DNA from: Candidatus Latescibacterota bacterium | GTDB taxonomy: Bacteria; Latescibacterota; UBA2968 | Reading direction: 5' to 3' | NCBI GenBank assembly: GCA_965222605.1 | Contig: OZ244960.1 | Coordinates: 2,176,001-2,240,000, forward strand | DNA: 64,000 nt | Part shown: positions 47,032 through 56,766 of the stretch, piece after piece | Layout of the letters: every line of letters begins with the position of its first letter | Numbering within the stretch: the stretch's first letter is position 1 | Position numbers and translations under genes: made by a program | Notes under the pieces: model-generated | What the model was told of the DNA's origin: nothing | The model's input: the letters and a program-made list of their open reading frames with translations, nothing else | Database searches by the model: none

Positions 47032-48519
47032 ATGTTACAAAATATTCGCATTATAATCGCAATAGCCCTTGCCGCAGGAATAATATGGAACTGTGGCAAT
47101 GAGCGCGTGACGCAGTCAGAAATCGGGACAGAAGAACAGATTGGTCGTCCCCTGAGCAAATTGGCCGCACAACAAAATACGTCAGTGGTCATAGCTACTG
47201 TACAACAGGATGATGCACCTGTGAGCGGTGCGAAAGTAGAATTTGCGCGTTCTATTGCGGGACAAAAAGCGGATTATCAGTGGTCAAATACGACCGATGA
47301 AAATGGTCAAGCGCGGATAGAGATCACATCGGGCAATGGTTATTATCAAGCGCGCGCCTGGCAGGATGGCAGCGAGATCGGTTCCTGGTCCAGCATTCCA
47401 ATTAACGAAGGCCAAAAAGTGAGGCTCAACTTGCCCATTGGCGGGAAGGCACAGCTGACATTAGAAGGTCTCCCCGCAGAAATACCCATTGGCGTGGTCC
47501 TGCCTCTGACAGGCCATCTCTCTTCAGTTGGCATGGTAGTGAACAACGGACTCCAACTCGCATTCGCAGAGATTAACTATTCATCGCTACTCGGCGAGAT
47601 GAAACTCAAGCCCATTGTCGAAGACAATCAGAGCACCTCAGAGGGCGCATTGGAAGCTTATAACAAACTGATTCATCGCGACGGCGTATCCGTCATCATC
47701 GGTCCGCTATCCTCAAGTATAACCAGAGAGACTTTTCCCATTGCCCAACAAAATCAAATCGTAGCGATCAGCCCGGCCTCAGCCGCCCATGGCCTCAGCG
47801 AAATTGGCAAGTTTGTCTTTCGCACGATTCTCACCGTAGATCGCCTCGTACCCGGTGGCGTCAAGACCACGCATGCAAAACTGGGCTATCAGAGAGTCGC
47901 GACCATATATCAAAATGATGTCTTTGCCCAGAGCAGCAACCAGGCGATCACAGAAGCACTTCAGCAGAATGGTGTCGAAGTGATAACCACAGAGATTTTC
48001 CAAACCGGCGATACCGACTTCTCGGACCAATTAACCCGAATAAAAGAATTAAATCCAGACGCCATCTTCCTCTCTGCTTTACCCGTGGAAAAGGAAGCCG
48101 TTCTGATCCAGATTCGTCAAATCGGTATCCCCGCTGAAATACACTTCATTACCCTGACCCTGACCACGGGCAATGTACAACGCGCGGGTGCCGCCGCCGA
48201 AGGTGCGATTAGTATTACGTCATGGAGCAGCATGGCTGACACACCGGGAAATCGCGCATTCGTCGAAAATTACATGACAAAATACGATTCCGAGCCAGAC
48301 GAATTCGTCGCACAAGCGTATGCCACCGTCTATATCCTGGCGAACGCCATCGCCGTTGCCCCATCAATTGACTCAAATACAATTCGAGACGCAATGGCGC
48401 ATATCACAGACCTGGACACAATCCTGGGCAAATTCTCTTTTGACGCCAATGGAGACGCGGTTTATAACCCGATTATCCTGATCGTCAGAAACGGCAAATT
48501 TGAGGTTTTTAATCCATAG
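47032..48519 (+). CDS. LivJ/K-type substrate-binding lipoprotein with extra N-terminal beta domain
   Basis: Lipoprotein-like signal (IIWNC); IPIGVVLPLTG, IIGPLSS, DFS.QL..I....PD, G.FSFD.NGD. Confidence 0.8.
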   Translation: MLQNIRIIIAIALAAGIIWNCGNERVTQSEIGTEEQIGRPLSKLAAQQNTSVVIATVQQDDAPVSGAKVEFARSIAGQKADYQWSNTTDENGQARIEITSGNGYYQARAWQDGSEIGSWSSIPINEGQKVRLNLPIGGKAQLTLEGLPAEIPIGVVLPLTGHLSSVGMVVNNGLQLAFAEINYSSLLGEMKLKPIVEDNQSTSEGALEAYNKLIHRDGVSVIIGPLSSSITRETFPIAQQNQIVAISPASAAHGLSEIGKFVFRTILTVDRLVPGGVKTTHAKLGYQRVATIYQNDVFAQSSNQAITEALQQNGVEVITTEIFQTGDTDFSDQLTRIKELNPDAIFLSALPVEKEAVLIQIRQIGIPAEIHFITLTLTTGNVQRAGAAAEGAISITSWSSMADTPGNRAFVENYMTKYDSEPDEFVAQAYATVYILANAIAVAPSIDSNTIRDAMAHITDLDTILGKFSFDANGDAVYNPIILIVRNGKFEVFNP

Positions 48520-48552
48520 GCTCGCATTCACAAACCTCCTATTTTTAGCCAT

Positions 48553-48600
48553 CATAAAAGTAGGGGTTATGCAATAAAAGCATAACCCCTACTTTTTATG
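48553..48600. terminator. Bidirectional terminator between the SBP gene and tRNA-Pro
   Basis: AAAAGTAGGGGTTATGC...GCATAACCCCTACTTTT. Confidence 0.85.
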
Positions 48601-48675
48601 GTCGGAGCGACTGGATTTGAACCAGCGACCCCCATCACCCCAAGATGGTGCGCTACCGAGCTGCGCTACGCTCCG
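48599..48675 (-). tRNA. tRNA-Pro(GGG)
   Basis: CGGAGCGTAGCGCAGCTCGGTAGCGCA-CCATC TTGGGGT GATGG-..GGTTCAAATCC..CCA; 77 nt. Confidence 0.97.
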
Positions 48676-48751
48676 ACAACTTGTTCAAGAATGAATTTAC
48701 CCATTTTGCCAGAGACCGTCAAGATTAAAGCCTCCGACGTACTAACCGCAT

Positions 48752-49624
48752 CTACCTACCAGAACTGAGAAAACTCTCAGATTGCAGATCCACATCAAAA
48801 ATGCGAATAAATCGACGGGGCTTTGTCGTCTCGCCGATCAACTCGGGTATGCCATCGCCATCGAGGTCTGCGTAGCCAATCTTCTCACCAAAGCCATCGC
48901 GGTATTCCCACTCAACGCGTTGATAAGTCGCGCCAATCACAAATCCCGTATTGAGTGCAATCTCAAGCTCACCGTCATCGTCCAGATCGCCAACAGCCAT
49001 ACTCTGTGCCCACAGCCCCTGCTCGCTGCTCCATTCTAAAAACAGATTTTTGCAATCGAACACAAACAAGCGCCCAACCTGTGCAGCGCGATCCAGGTCG
49101 GAATTATCGCGCGATCCGCCCGGCGGCCGATAGCTCCGACTCTCTGCAGCATCCTCGCCACAAAACACCATCTCGAGTTGCGGATCGTCGTCAATATTTT
49201 CAATCACCATGGCCGAAACCGATGCAAACTCATCGTCCGTACTTCGCCATATTTCATGGAAGTCGCTGGCGCGATAAAACGCAATATCTCCAGACGCGGT
49301 ATAGGCAACGATCTCAAGCTCATCATCGACATCGATATCCAGAACAAAAACTTCTGCAATCTCCGCCCTCAGTGTGGGACTTCGCCACACCTCTCGAAAG
49401 CGCCCCTCTTGCATTTCCAACACGTAAATTGATCCATGCCGGTCACCATACACAATGCGCGGCGCCTCATCTCCTTTTCCCACAATTGCTTTTACAGCTC
49501 GCATTTCGGGTACAAACCCACCAAAAGAAATCGCGTCATTATCCTTCCAATGAAACCACGCCAGATCGGTCGCTGAGATAGTAGCTGTAAGAGCAACGAG
49601 CAAAAGCAGAATCCTTATGACCAT
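48752..49624 (-). CDS. Secreted FG-GAP/VCBS-like repeat protein
   Basis: Signal peptide; DIDVDDELEI, NIDDDPQLE, DLDDDGELEI, DLDGDGIPEL. Confidence 0.7.
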   Translation of the reverse strand: MVIRILLLLVALTATISATDLAWFHWKDNDAISFGGFVPEMRAVKAIVGKGDEAPRIVYGDRHGSIYVLEMQEGRFREVWRSPTLRAEIAEVFVLDIDVDDELEIVAYTASGDIAFYRASDFHEIWRSTDDEFASVSAMVIENIDDDPQLEMVFCGEDAAESRSYRPPGGSRDNSDLDRAAQVGRLFVFDCKNLFLEWSSEQGLWAQSMAVGDLDDDGELEIALNTGFVIGATYQRVEWEYRDGFGEKIGYADLDGDGIPELIGETTKPRRFIRIFDVDLQSESFLSSGR

Positions 49625-49634
49625 AGTGAACTCC

Positions 49635-50546
49635 TCAAAATACGCTAATATGGAAATAGCGTTTGGGATTTCGCCTGATGTCTTCAATAAGACTATCCAC
49701 AGACGTCAATGTGCGATCCAGATGCTCGTACACCGCTTCGTCCTTAACCAAACGCCCGACCGTGCCGCGTCCGTCTCGTATCCCTTTGGAAATGTCATCG
49801 AGATTGGTAAATGTATTCTGCATTGAAACCGAAGTCGTTTCCATCTGTGCCGAAATCCGCGCAAGGCGTTCTAAAGCCACAGCCAAATTGGTCACGGCAA
49901 TGCTCAAATTTTCGCGATTATCCCGCATCAAACCACTCGCATCGCCCGTCGCCAACGCCAAACTGTCGAGCATCTTATCGACCTTCCCCAGATTATCGTC
50001 GTTCAATAGTTGATTGAGATAGTGCGTGGTCGTGTCAATACGCGAAAGAACGCTCTCCAGGTGCACGAGATTATTATCACTGGCGACACCATCTACTGCA
50101 TTGCCAATTTTTTCGATCATAAGCCTGCTCTCAGACACCATCGCATCGAGTTCAGAAGTAGAAATCCCCTGCACAACAGCTCCATCTGCAAGAATCTGCG
50201 GCGACTTTCCCAACTGAATTTCGATCATCTGCCCACCCAGCAAACCATCGGATTTGAGTAAAAAACGCGAATCCTCGGGCAAATCACTCACCGAGGCAAA
50301 CCCAAGTGCAACATAAGGCAGCCCATCTACAAGGCCAATAGACAGTACCTTTCCCACCCGCACCCCGCGAAACGTCACGGGATTGCCCACTTGAAGCCCC
50401 GGCACACTGTCGAACCTGGCATGGATGCGATATCCACCAGCCGCACCTGCATAGCGCTCCGAGAGCCAAACCGTGCCGACCACCAGAATAACGGCTGAAA
50501 AAAATATAACGACACCAAGGATAATTTCTTGCTGGCGATTTCTCAT
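49635..50546 (-). CDS. mlaD: MCE/MlaD family protein
   Basis: TM followed by GLQVGNPVTFRGVRVGKV..GLLGGQMIEI; GTVGRLV.D. Confidence 0.85.
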   Translation of the reverse strand: MRNRQQEIILGVVIFFSAVILVVGTVWLSERYAGAAGGYRIHARFDSVPGLQVGNPVTFRGVRVGKVLSIGLVDGLPYVALGFASVSDLPEDSRFLLKSDGLLGGQMIEIQLGKSPQILADGAVVQGISTSELDAMVSESRLMIEKIGNAVDGVASDNNLVHLESVLSRIDTTTHYLNQLLNDDNLGKVDKMLDSLALATGDASGLMRDNRENLSIAVTNLAVALERLARISAQMETTSVSMQNTFTNLDDISKGIRDGRGTVGRLVKDEAVYEHLDRTLTSVDSLIEDIRRNPKRYFHISVF

Positions 50547-50549
50547 ACA

Positions 50550-51293
50550 TTACCCCAACCTGCCCTGAACAAACAATTCGAAAACCTCATTGCCAGATGC
50601 CTCGACATCTTCCATTGCACCTTGAACCACCGCTTTGCCGTCATAGAGCAGGACAACCTGGTCTGAAACGCGCCGAGCAAGGGGCATATCGTGGGTAACG
50701 ATCACCGATGTCACCTCGAGTTCTGACTGCAACTTAAGTATATAGTCGCCCACAACGCTGGATGTATTTGGATCGAGACCCGTTGTGGGTTCATCGTAAA
50801 GAATAAAATCGGGTTCCATCGCAATAGCCCGCGCAAGTGCCGCGCGTTTTCTCATTCCCCCCGACAACTCAACCGGCATCCTGGCCTCTGTACCCGCCAA
50901 CCGCACAGCATCGAGACAGACATGTACGCGCTCTGCAATTTCTTCTTCGGTCATCTTAGTATGCATACGCAACCCAAAAGCCACATTTTCCTTCACCGTC
51001 ATAGAATCAAAAAGTGCCGAAGACTGGAATAAAACCCCGATGTGCTTGCGCAATTCGATCAACTCGCCGCGGCGAATACGCGCCATGTCATAACCGGCAA
51101 CAACGACCTTGCCCACATCTGCCTGCTCAATCCCAATAACATGCTTTAAGGTCACACTTTTGCCGCATCCACTTGGCCCCAAAATGGTTGTAATCTCAGA
51201 CCGAGAAACCCGCAGGTCAAGCCCTTTCAGCACGGGTTGTTGGTCAAAAGACTTAAACACCTGGACAAACTCAATAGCCGTTTCATTCGTCAT
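50550..51293 (-). CDS. mlaF: MlaF-like ABC ATPase
   Basis: GPSGCGKS, LFQSSALFDSMTV, LSGGMRKR, YDEPTTGLDP. Confidence 0.9.
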   Translation of the reverse strand: MTNETAIEFVQVFKSFDQQPVLKGLDLRVSRSEITTILGPSGCGKSVTLKHVIGIEQADVGKVVVAGYDMARIRRGELIELRKHIGVLFQSSALFDSMTVKENVAFGLRMHTKMTEEEIAERVHVCLDAVRLAGTEARMPVELSGGMRKRAALARAIAMEPDFILYDEPTTGLDPNTSSVVGDYILKLQSELEVTSVIVTHDMPLARRVSDQVVLLYDGKAVVQGAMEDVEASGNEVFELFVQGRLG

Positions 51294-51296
51294 AGT

Positions 51297-52070
51297 TTAA
51301 TATAACAGCGCGTGTGTTAAAAAATAATCGAGAATGAGAACAAGCGCAGAAGATACCACAACTGCAGCCGTGGCAGCCCGTCCAACGCCCTGCGCACCGC
51401 CTGCGGTGCAAAGCCCCATGTAAGCACCCATAAATGTCAGCAACCCACCATAAACAACTGCTTTGACCACCCCGACAAAAACATCATAGACCTCAAAATA
51501 GAGCTTCATACCTTTGATTAACTCTGTAGGCGTGATACCCATTTTGATCATCGACATACCAAACCCACAGATATTGGCGACCAAAAAAGAATAAATCACG
51601 AGAATTGGAACCATAATAGAGCCAGCGAGAATTCGGGGCAACATGAGATATCCCACCGGATCGACAGCCATTGACGTGAGCGCATCGACTTGCTCTGAGA
51701 CTTTCATAGTGCCGAGTTCAGACGCAACGCCCGCACCTACCCTCCCGGCGAGCACGAGACCTAATAAAATAGGCGACAGCACCAGGATCACAGAGCGAAC
51801 CATAAGCGCACCAACCATATAGTCGGGCACGTAAGCCTCCATCTGATAGGCCGTCTGAATAGCGATCGCCATCCCGCTAAAAGCCGAAATCAGGCAGACC
51901 AGGGGCAAAGACCCAACACCAATAGCATAACACTGTCCGATAATCTGATGTCGATACAGGTAGAGATGCCGCATTTCTCTCACGCACTGGACGCCATAGC
52001 AGAACATCTGGAAAACCTGGATGAAAAATGCGGCGAGTTGCCCGCCGAGAAATGCTAATAATCGGCTCAT
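51297..52070 (-). CDS. mlaE: MlaE-like ABC permease
   Basis: AGRVGAGVASELGTMKVSEQVDAL, GVGRAAT.AVV. Confidence 0.9.
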   Translation of the reverse strand: MSRLLAFLGGQLAAFFIQVFQMFCYGVQCVREMRHLYLYRHQIIGQCYAIGVGSLPLVCLISAFSGMAIAIQTAYQMEAYVPDYMVGALMVRSVILVLSPILLGLVLAGRVGAGVASELGTMKVSEQVDALTSMAVDPVGYLMLPRILAGSIMVPILVIYSFLVANICGFGMSMIKMGITPTELIKGMKLYFEVYDVFVGVVKAVVYGGLLTFMGAYMGLCTAGGAQGVGRAATAAVVVSSALVLILDYFLTHALLY

Positions 52071-52174
52071 AGTGAAGCCCAAAAAAATGAGGCGGGTTAA
52101 AGGATACAAAAAGCAAATAGAATCTACACTCCCTTTTTTAATAAATCAACCCTTTTTGATGAAAGAACCCGCAC

Positions 52175-52213
52175 AGTAAAGGCGGCCCTGGCAAAACCAG
52201 AACCGCCTTTACT
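52175..52213. terminator. Terminator-like hairpin downstream of the sigma gene
   Basis: AGTAAAGGCGG...CCGCCTTTACT. Confidence 0.65.
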
Positions 52214-52232
52214 AATTTAAATATAAATGATA

Positions 52233-53168
52233 TCAGACCAAATCTTCCACTTTTCCACCCGGAACATTCCGTCGAAAATATCGCTGCAACTTAGCAAGCG
52301 CGCGGTTGCGAATCTGGCGCACCCGCTCTCGGGTAACACCCAGAGACTGGCCAATGTCACTCAGCGTCTGGCGCTCATTTCCGTCGAGACCAAAATAACC
52401 GCGAATAACATCTCGCTCCCGAGGGTCTAAAGAATCATTGAGAGACCGCGATATGAACTCGGACTGATCCCGGTATATCACGAGTTGATCTGGATCCTCT
52501 TCATTGGCCTCGAGTATATTCATAAGCGGCTGCTCGCCCGCCGAGTCTATAGGCATAGAAAGAGACAGGTCTGGACGCACACAGCGCAACGCCCGCTCTG
52601 CGCGTTTGTTGCTGATCTTCATATCGCTGGCAACTTCGTCCAGCGTGGGCACGCGCCCCAATTCCTGGGTCATCTGCCCCCAGCGACGCGCCATCCGGTC
52701 CATATCCTCCTGGCGATTTGCAGGCATAACCACATTAGACGTGCGCTTGAGCGCGTTGAGAATGCACTGCCGAATCCACCACACAGCATAGCTAATGAAC
52801 TTAAACCCGCGTTCTTCATCAAATCGCTTGAGGGCTTCCATCAACCCCATATTGCCCTCGGCAATCAAATCGGCAAGGGGTACACCTCGCCCCTGATATT
52901 CCAGTGCAACACTGACGACAAAACGCAAGTTTGACGTAATAATCTTGTCAATCGCCGCTTGATTTCCCTGTTTGGCCTTGCGAAGGATCTTTTGTTCCTC
53001 TTCTCGGCTCAATGGGGGGTACTTACGCAGTTCCTTGAGATAGCTCTGAACAGAAGCTTCACGCGCGTACTGCGTTTCTTTTTGCGTATATTCCATTGTA
53101 TCTCCTACCTCTTGTTCCTCTTTACCCGACTCGACGCGGGATTCTGGTGCAACAGTTGGCGTTTCCAC
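52233..53168 (-). CDS. RpoD/SigA-family sigma-70 factor lacking region 1.1
   Basis: NLRFVVSVA, DLIAEGNMGL, GFKFISYAVWWIRQ, GVTRERVRQI. Confidence 0.9.
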   Translation of the reverse strand: METPTVAPESRVESGKEEQEVGDTMEYTQKETQYAREASVQSYLKELRKYPPLSREEEQKILRKAKQGNQAAIDKIITSNLRFVVSVALEYQGRGVPLADLIAEGNMGLMEALKRFDEERGFKFISYAVWWIRQCILNALKRTSNVVMPANRQEDMDRMARRWGQMTQELGRVPTLDEVASDMKISNKRAERALRCVRPDLSLSMPIDSAGEQPLMNILEANEEDPDQLVIYRDQSEFISRSLNDSLDPRERDVIRGYFGLDGNERQTLSDIGQSLGVTRERVRQIRNRALAKLQRYFRRNVPGGKVEDLV

Positions 53169-53435
53169 TTCTGATTGTCACCCCCTCCCAAAAAATGAGT
53201 TGTTTAATATTTAAACGCACTTAACATTCACAAAGTTTCACAATCTGAAATATAATATTGGGCCTATACCAGACTCTTTCTCTATCAACACCTATCCTCT
53301 GCTAAGTCTTAGATACACGCCATATATCTAAAAGTTTCAACACAAATTCTATCAGCGTATTAAAAATTCTGCAACATATTGTAAATAAAAATTTTAATAA
53401 AAATAAATTTTAATAAAAAAACGGAGAGGTGGAAT

Positions 53436-53516
53436 ATGGCAGAAATGGCCTATCAGAAACCGCAGCGCGCCTTCCGCGACCTGTGGCGATGCGGCGAACT
53501 CGAGGACGAACAATGA
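53436..53516 (+). pseudogene. 26-codon remnant whose start duplicates the start of the 55049 gene
   Basis: MAEMAYQKP vs MTEMTYQRP; 28/32 nt identity between 53431-53462 and 55044-55075; RBS GGAGAGG. Confidence 0.5.
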
Positions 53517-53661
53517 GTGCGCGGGAAGAGATCCTGAATTGCTTGCAGGACCGGCGCCGAAAGGCTATCTTGCCCCCTGCCTGGCAATTGCAGCGCGTTT
53601 GACGACATTTGGGCGAAGATACGCGATTTTAACGCTGTGTTTATAAACGAAAGGAAAGACA

Positions 53662-55008
53662 ATGCCCCGGCCCCGGCATAAAGATCACATCTTTCACAGA
53701 ACCCTCAAAAAAGAATGGTCGAAGATATCACACGGAGAAGGCATTTACCTGTTCGATACGGAAGGAAAACGCTATCTCGACGCCTGTGCGGGCGTGCATG
53801 TGGTCAGTATCGGCCACGGGGTCAAAGAGATCGCAGAGGCCATGGCCGAACAGGCGGAGAAGGTCTGTTTCACCTACGCCCGGTTCCTCACCCAGCCCCA
53901 GATCGACCTGTCAGACAGGATCGCCGGCCTCACGCCGGAAGACCTGAACCGGGTCTTTTTCGTTTCCGGAGGATCCGAAGCCACAGAGTCGGCCATGAAA
54001 ATTGCCCGGAAGTACCATATCGCAACCGGCAATCCCGGAAAGTACAGGGTCATCTCCCGGTGGCAGGCCTGGCACGGGAATACGGTTGGCGCCCTCTCCA
54101 TGTCCGGGCGGTCGCCCTGGCGCGAGGACTATATTCCCTACCTGCTGAATTTCCCCCATATCCCGCCGCCCTACCCCTACCGGTGCGCCTACTGTAAGGA
54201 CCACTCGGAGTGCCAGCTCCACTGCGCAGAGGAACTGGAGCGGGTCATCAAACAGGAGGGGAGCGAGTCGATCTCCGCCTTTATCGCCGAACCGATCCTC
54301 GGCACCTCCGCCGCCGGTGTGACCCCTCCTCAGGACTACTACCCTCTCATTCGGGAGATCTGTGACCGACACAATATCCTGATGATCGTCGATGAGGTCG
54401 TCACCGGCTTTGGCAGGACAGGCCGCAACTTCGGCATCGAACACTGGGATGTGGTCCCCGATATTATGGCGACCGGGAAAGGATTGAGTAGCGGCTATAC
54501 TCCCATTGCCGCAACCGTCGTCCACGAAAAGATCTACAACGCCATCTACAGGGAATCCGTCTCTTTTGTGCACGGGCACACCTATGGCGGAAACGCCCTT
54601 TCCTGCGCCACGGCCCTGGCCGTGCAAAACTACATCCAGACGCATGATCTGGTATCGAACTGCGCCCGGATGGGCGACCTGATGCTGGAAAAACTCATGC
54701 CCCTGCAGGACCTATCGATCGTCGGGGGCATACGCGGGAAGGGCCTGCTGATCGGCATCGAATTCGTGGCCGACAAATCCACGCGTGCCCCCTTCGACCT
54801 CTCAAAAGGGGTGACCGCAAGGATCGTGGATTTGGCCTTCGAAAAAGGGGTACTGGTCATGCCCGGAGCCCCCGGCCTGGTCGACGGTGTCGAAGGCGAC
54901 CATATCGCCATCAGTCCCCCTTTCACCATCACCGAATCGGAAGTACAGCGCGTTGTCGATGTGGTACAAGAAACCATTGTGGAAGTCTCGGCACAGCTGT
55001 GCAAGTAG
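53662..55008 (+). CDS. Class III PLP-dependent aminotransferase
   Basis: SGGSEATESAMK, WHG.T, IVDEVVTGFGRTG, PDIMATGKGLSSGY, HGHTYGG. Confidence 0.95.
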   Translation: MPRPRHKDHIFHRTLKKEWSKISHGEGIYLFDTEGKRYLDACAGVHVVSIGHGVKEIAEAMAEQAEKVCFTYARFLTQPQIDLSDRIAGLTPEDLNRVFFVSGGSEATESAMKIARKYHIATGNPGKYRVISRWQAWHGNTVGALSMSGRSPWREDYIPYLLNFPHIPPPYPYRCAYCKDHSECQLHCAEELERVIKQEGSESISAFIAEPILGTSAAGVTPPQDYYPLIREICDRHNILMIVDEVVTGFGRTGRNFGIEHWDVVPDIMATGKGLSSGYTPIAATVVHEKIYNAIYRESVSFVHGHTYGGNALSCATALAVQNYIQTHDLVSNCARMGDLMLEKLMPLQDLSIVGGIRGKGLLIGIEFVADKSTRAPFDLSKGVTARIVDLAFEKGVLVMPGAPGLVDGVEGDHIAISPPFTITESEVQRVVDVVQETIVEVSAQLCK

Positions 55009-55048
55009 GCACAGCAAAAATTCTCGGCATACCGTCCTCCCAGGGAAT

Positions 55049-56677
55049 ATGACAGAAATGACCTACCAGAGACCGAATCCCCGAGGCGACCATCGGATCC
55101 TCTATGTGAGCGACCCATCCACGATCGCACGCACTGTATTGCCCGATCCAGTAGAAGAAGCAGACCTGCGCAAATGGGTGGATATGGTCGCGGATAGCGG
55201 GATAGATATGTTCAATCAGGAGGTATTCTCTCAAGGATGGACGGTTTACTGGCAATCCGAACACTATGAATACGACCAGCGCCCTCAGCACCAGCGATTC
55301 AGGCCGTTGATCGAAGCGGGCACACAGCCACTGGATATACTCATCGACCAATCGCACCGGCGCGGCATGCAATTTATCGCTGGCTTCCGCATAAATGACG
55401 GCCATGCCGCGCATAACCGCCAACAGGGCGTCGGCATCGCCGAATATATTGAAGCCAACCCACATATGCGATTGCACGACCCGCGCCCGGCGCAGAACTA
55501 CCAGGAACCAGAAGCACTCGATTTCACACATCGGGAGGTTCGAGAATTTACTTATGGCGTTGTAGAAGAAGTCGCCTGCGGTTTTGACATTGACGGTGTG
55601 GAACTGTGTTTTCGGGACACGGCTTATTTCCCACCGCACCACGCTGCCGAACGCGCACACCTCATGACAGAATTGATACAAAATATCCGCACGCGACTGA
55701 ATGAACGCGGCAAAGAAATCGGCAAAAAACTCATATTGGGCGCGCGCATCTACTCAACCGTGGCAGAATGTGAACGTCAGGGCCTGGACATTTGCAATTG
55801 GATTCAGAATAGATTGCTCGACTACATCAGTCCTCAAGACACGATGTATGCCGACCACAATTTGCCCTATTCAGAATGGTCGGCACTAACGCGGGAAACA
55901 GAGTGCCTGCTCTATCCGGGCCTGCTTCCGTGGAACAGCTACCGCGCGCGCTATCGCCTCGGACGAATCCCCCTGAGCCACGCCACCTGCCGCGCACTCG
56001 CGCACACCATGTACGGCGCCGGTGCAGATGGCATATCGATCTACAACCATTTTGTGCCTTCCGTGTGGCAACAGCCTTTTTACCCTCAAGGAATGCAGGT
56101 CTTCCACCAGCTCCGCGACCCCGAACGCGTCGCACGCGGCGAACGGCACTACATCTTCGATCCCACCTGGGCCGGATTTAGCGGCTTCGGGACCGATGGC
56201 ATGTGCAGCACAGAGGTGATCAAAGCACAGCAACTCCGACTATCGCGCGGCGAACAGCGCCCCACGAGTGAATTTCGCTTTCAACTCTTTGAAAACCTGC
56301 AACACGCGCATTGCGCAACCCTTCTCTTTCGGGGATTCGGCCTGACCGAGGGCGATGAACTGGATGTGCTTCTCAACGGCCATGTCATACCCGACGAAAC
56401 CATCGGTCGCACCGCATCCTCTGATCGCGTGACAACCGTAGATTCGACACGAAAAAAAGACGGCAGAAACATACCCTGTACCGCTCAAGGCGGGCGGATC
56501 GAATTTCGCACACTCGCAGAAAAATCCGTCTTTTCCACGCGCTGGTTTGTGCTCTCGGACCCGCTCCTTGAACACGGCGATAACTGCCTGTCCATCACAC
56601 TCACCAAAAGCGACCCCGAAGCCGCGTCCCCCACAATTGTCATCGACGAAGTAGAAGTATTTGTCGAACCACGATAA
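55049..56677 (+). CDS. GHL10-like putative glycoside hydrolase
   Basis: H.RGMQFIAGFRIND.H, LDF...EVR, DIDGVELCF, GADGI..YN. Confidence 0.65.
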   Translation: MTEMTYQRPNPRGDHRILYVSDPSTIARTVLPDPVEEADLRKWVDMVADSGIDMFNQEVFSQGWTVYWQSEHYEYDQRPQHQRFRPLIEAGTQPLDILIDQSHRRGMQFIAGFRINDGHAAHNRQQGVGIAEYIEANPHMRLHDPRPAQNYQEPEALDFTHREVREFTYGVVEEVACGFDIDGVELCFRDTAYFPPHHAAERAHLMTELIQNIRTRLNERGKEIGKKLILGARIYSTVAECERQGLDICNWIQNRLLDYISPQDTMYADHNLPYSEWSALTRETECLLYPGLLPWNSYRARYRLGRIPLSHATCRALAHTMYGAGADGISIYNHFVPSVWQQPFYPQGMQVFHQLRDPERVARGERHYIFDPTWAGFSGFGTDGMCSTEVIKAQQLRLSRGEQRPTSEFRFQLFENLQHAHCATLLFRGFGLTEGDELDVLLNGHVIPDETIGRTASSDRVTTVDSTRKKDGRNIPCTAQGGRIEFRTLAEKSVFSTRWFVLSDPLLEHGDNCLSITLTKSDPEAASPTIVIDEVEVFVEPR

Positions 56678-56682
56678 AAAAA

Positions 56683-56719
56683 CAGGCCATCAGCCGCATG
56701 CATAACGGTTGATGGCCTG
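56683..56719 (-). terminator. Intrinsic terminator of the TBDT-PorV operon
   Basis: CAGGCCATCAGCCG/CGGTTGATGGCCTG with a U-tract on the minus strand. Confidence 0.75.
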
Positions 56720-56766
56720 ATATTCTGGGGTGGTGTAGGAGGTGGCCCTTTCACCTCTTACCTTTT

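Noticed and set aside
35719-48675. Region between the two tRNA-Pro genes as an integrative island
   Set aside because: No integrase and no duplicated tRNA 3' end; they are different isoacceptors, each followed by a terminator.
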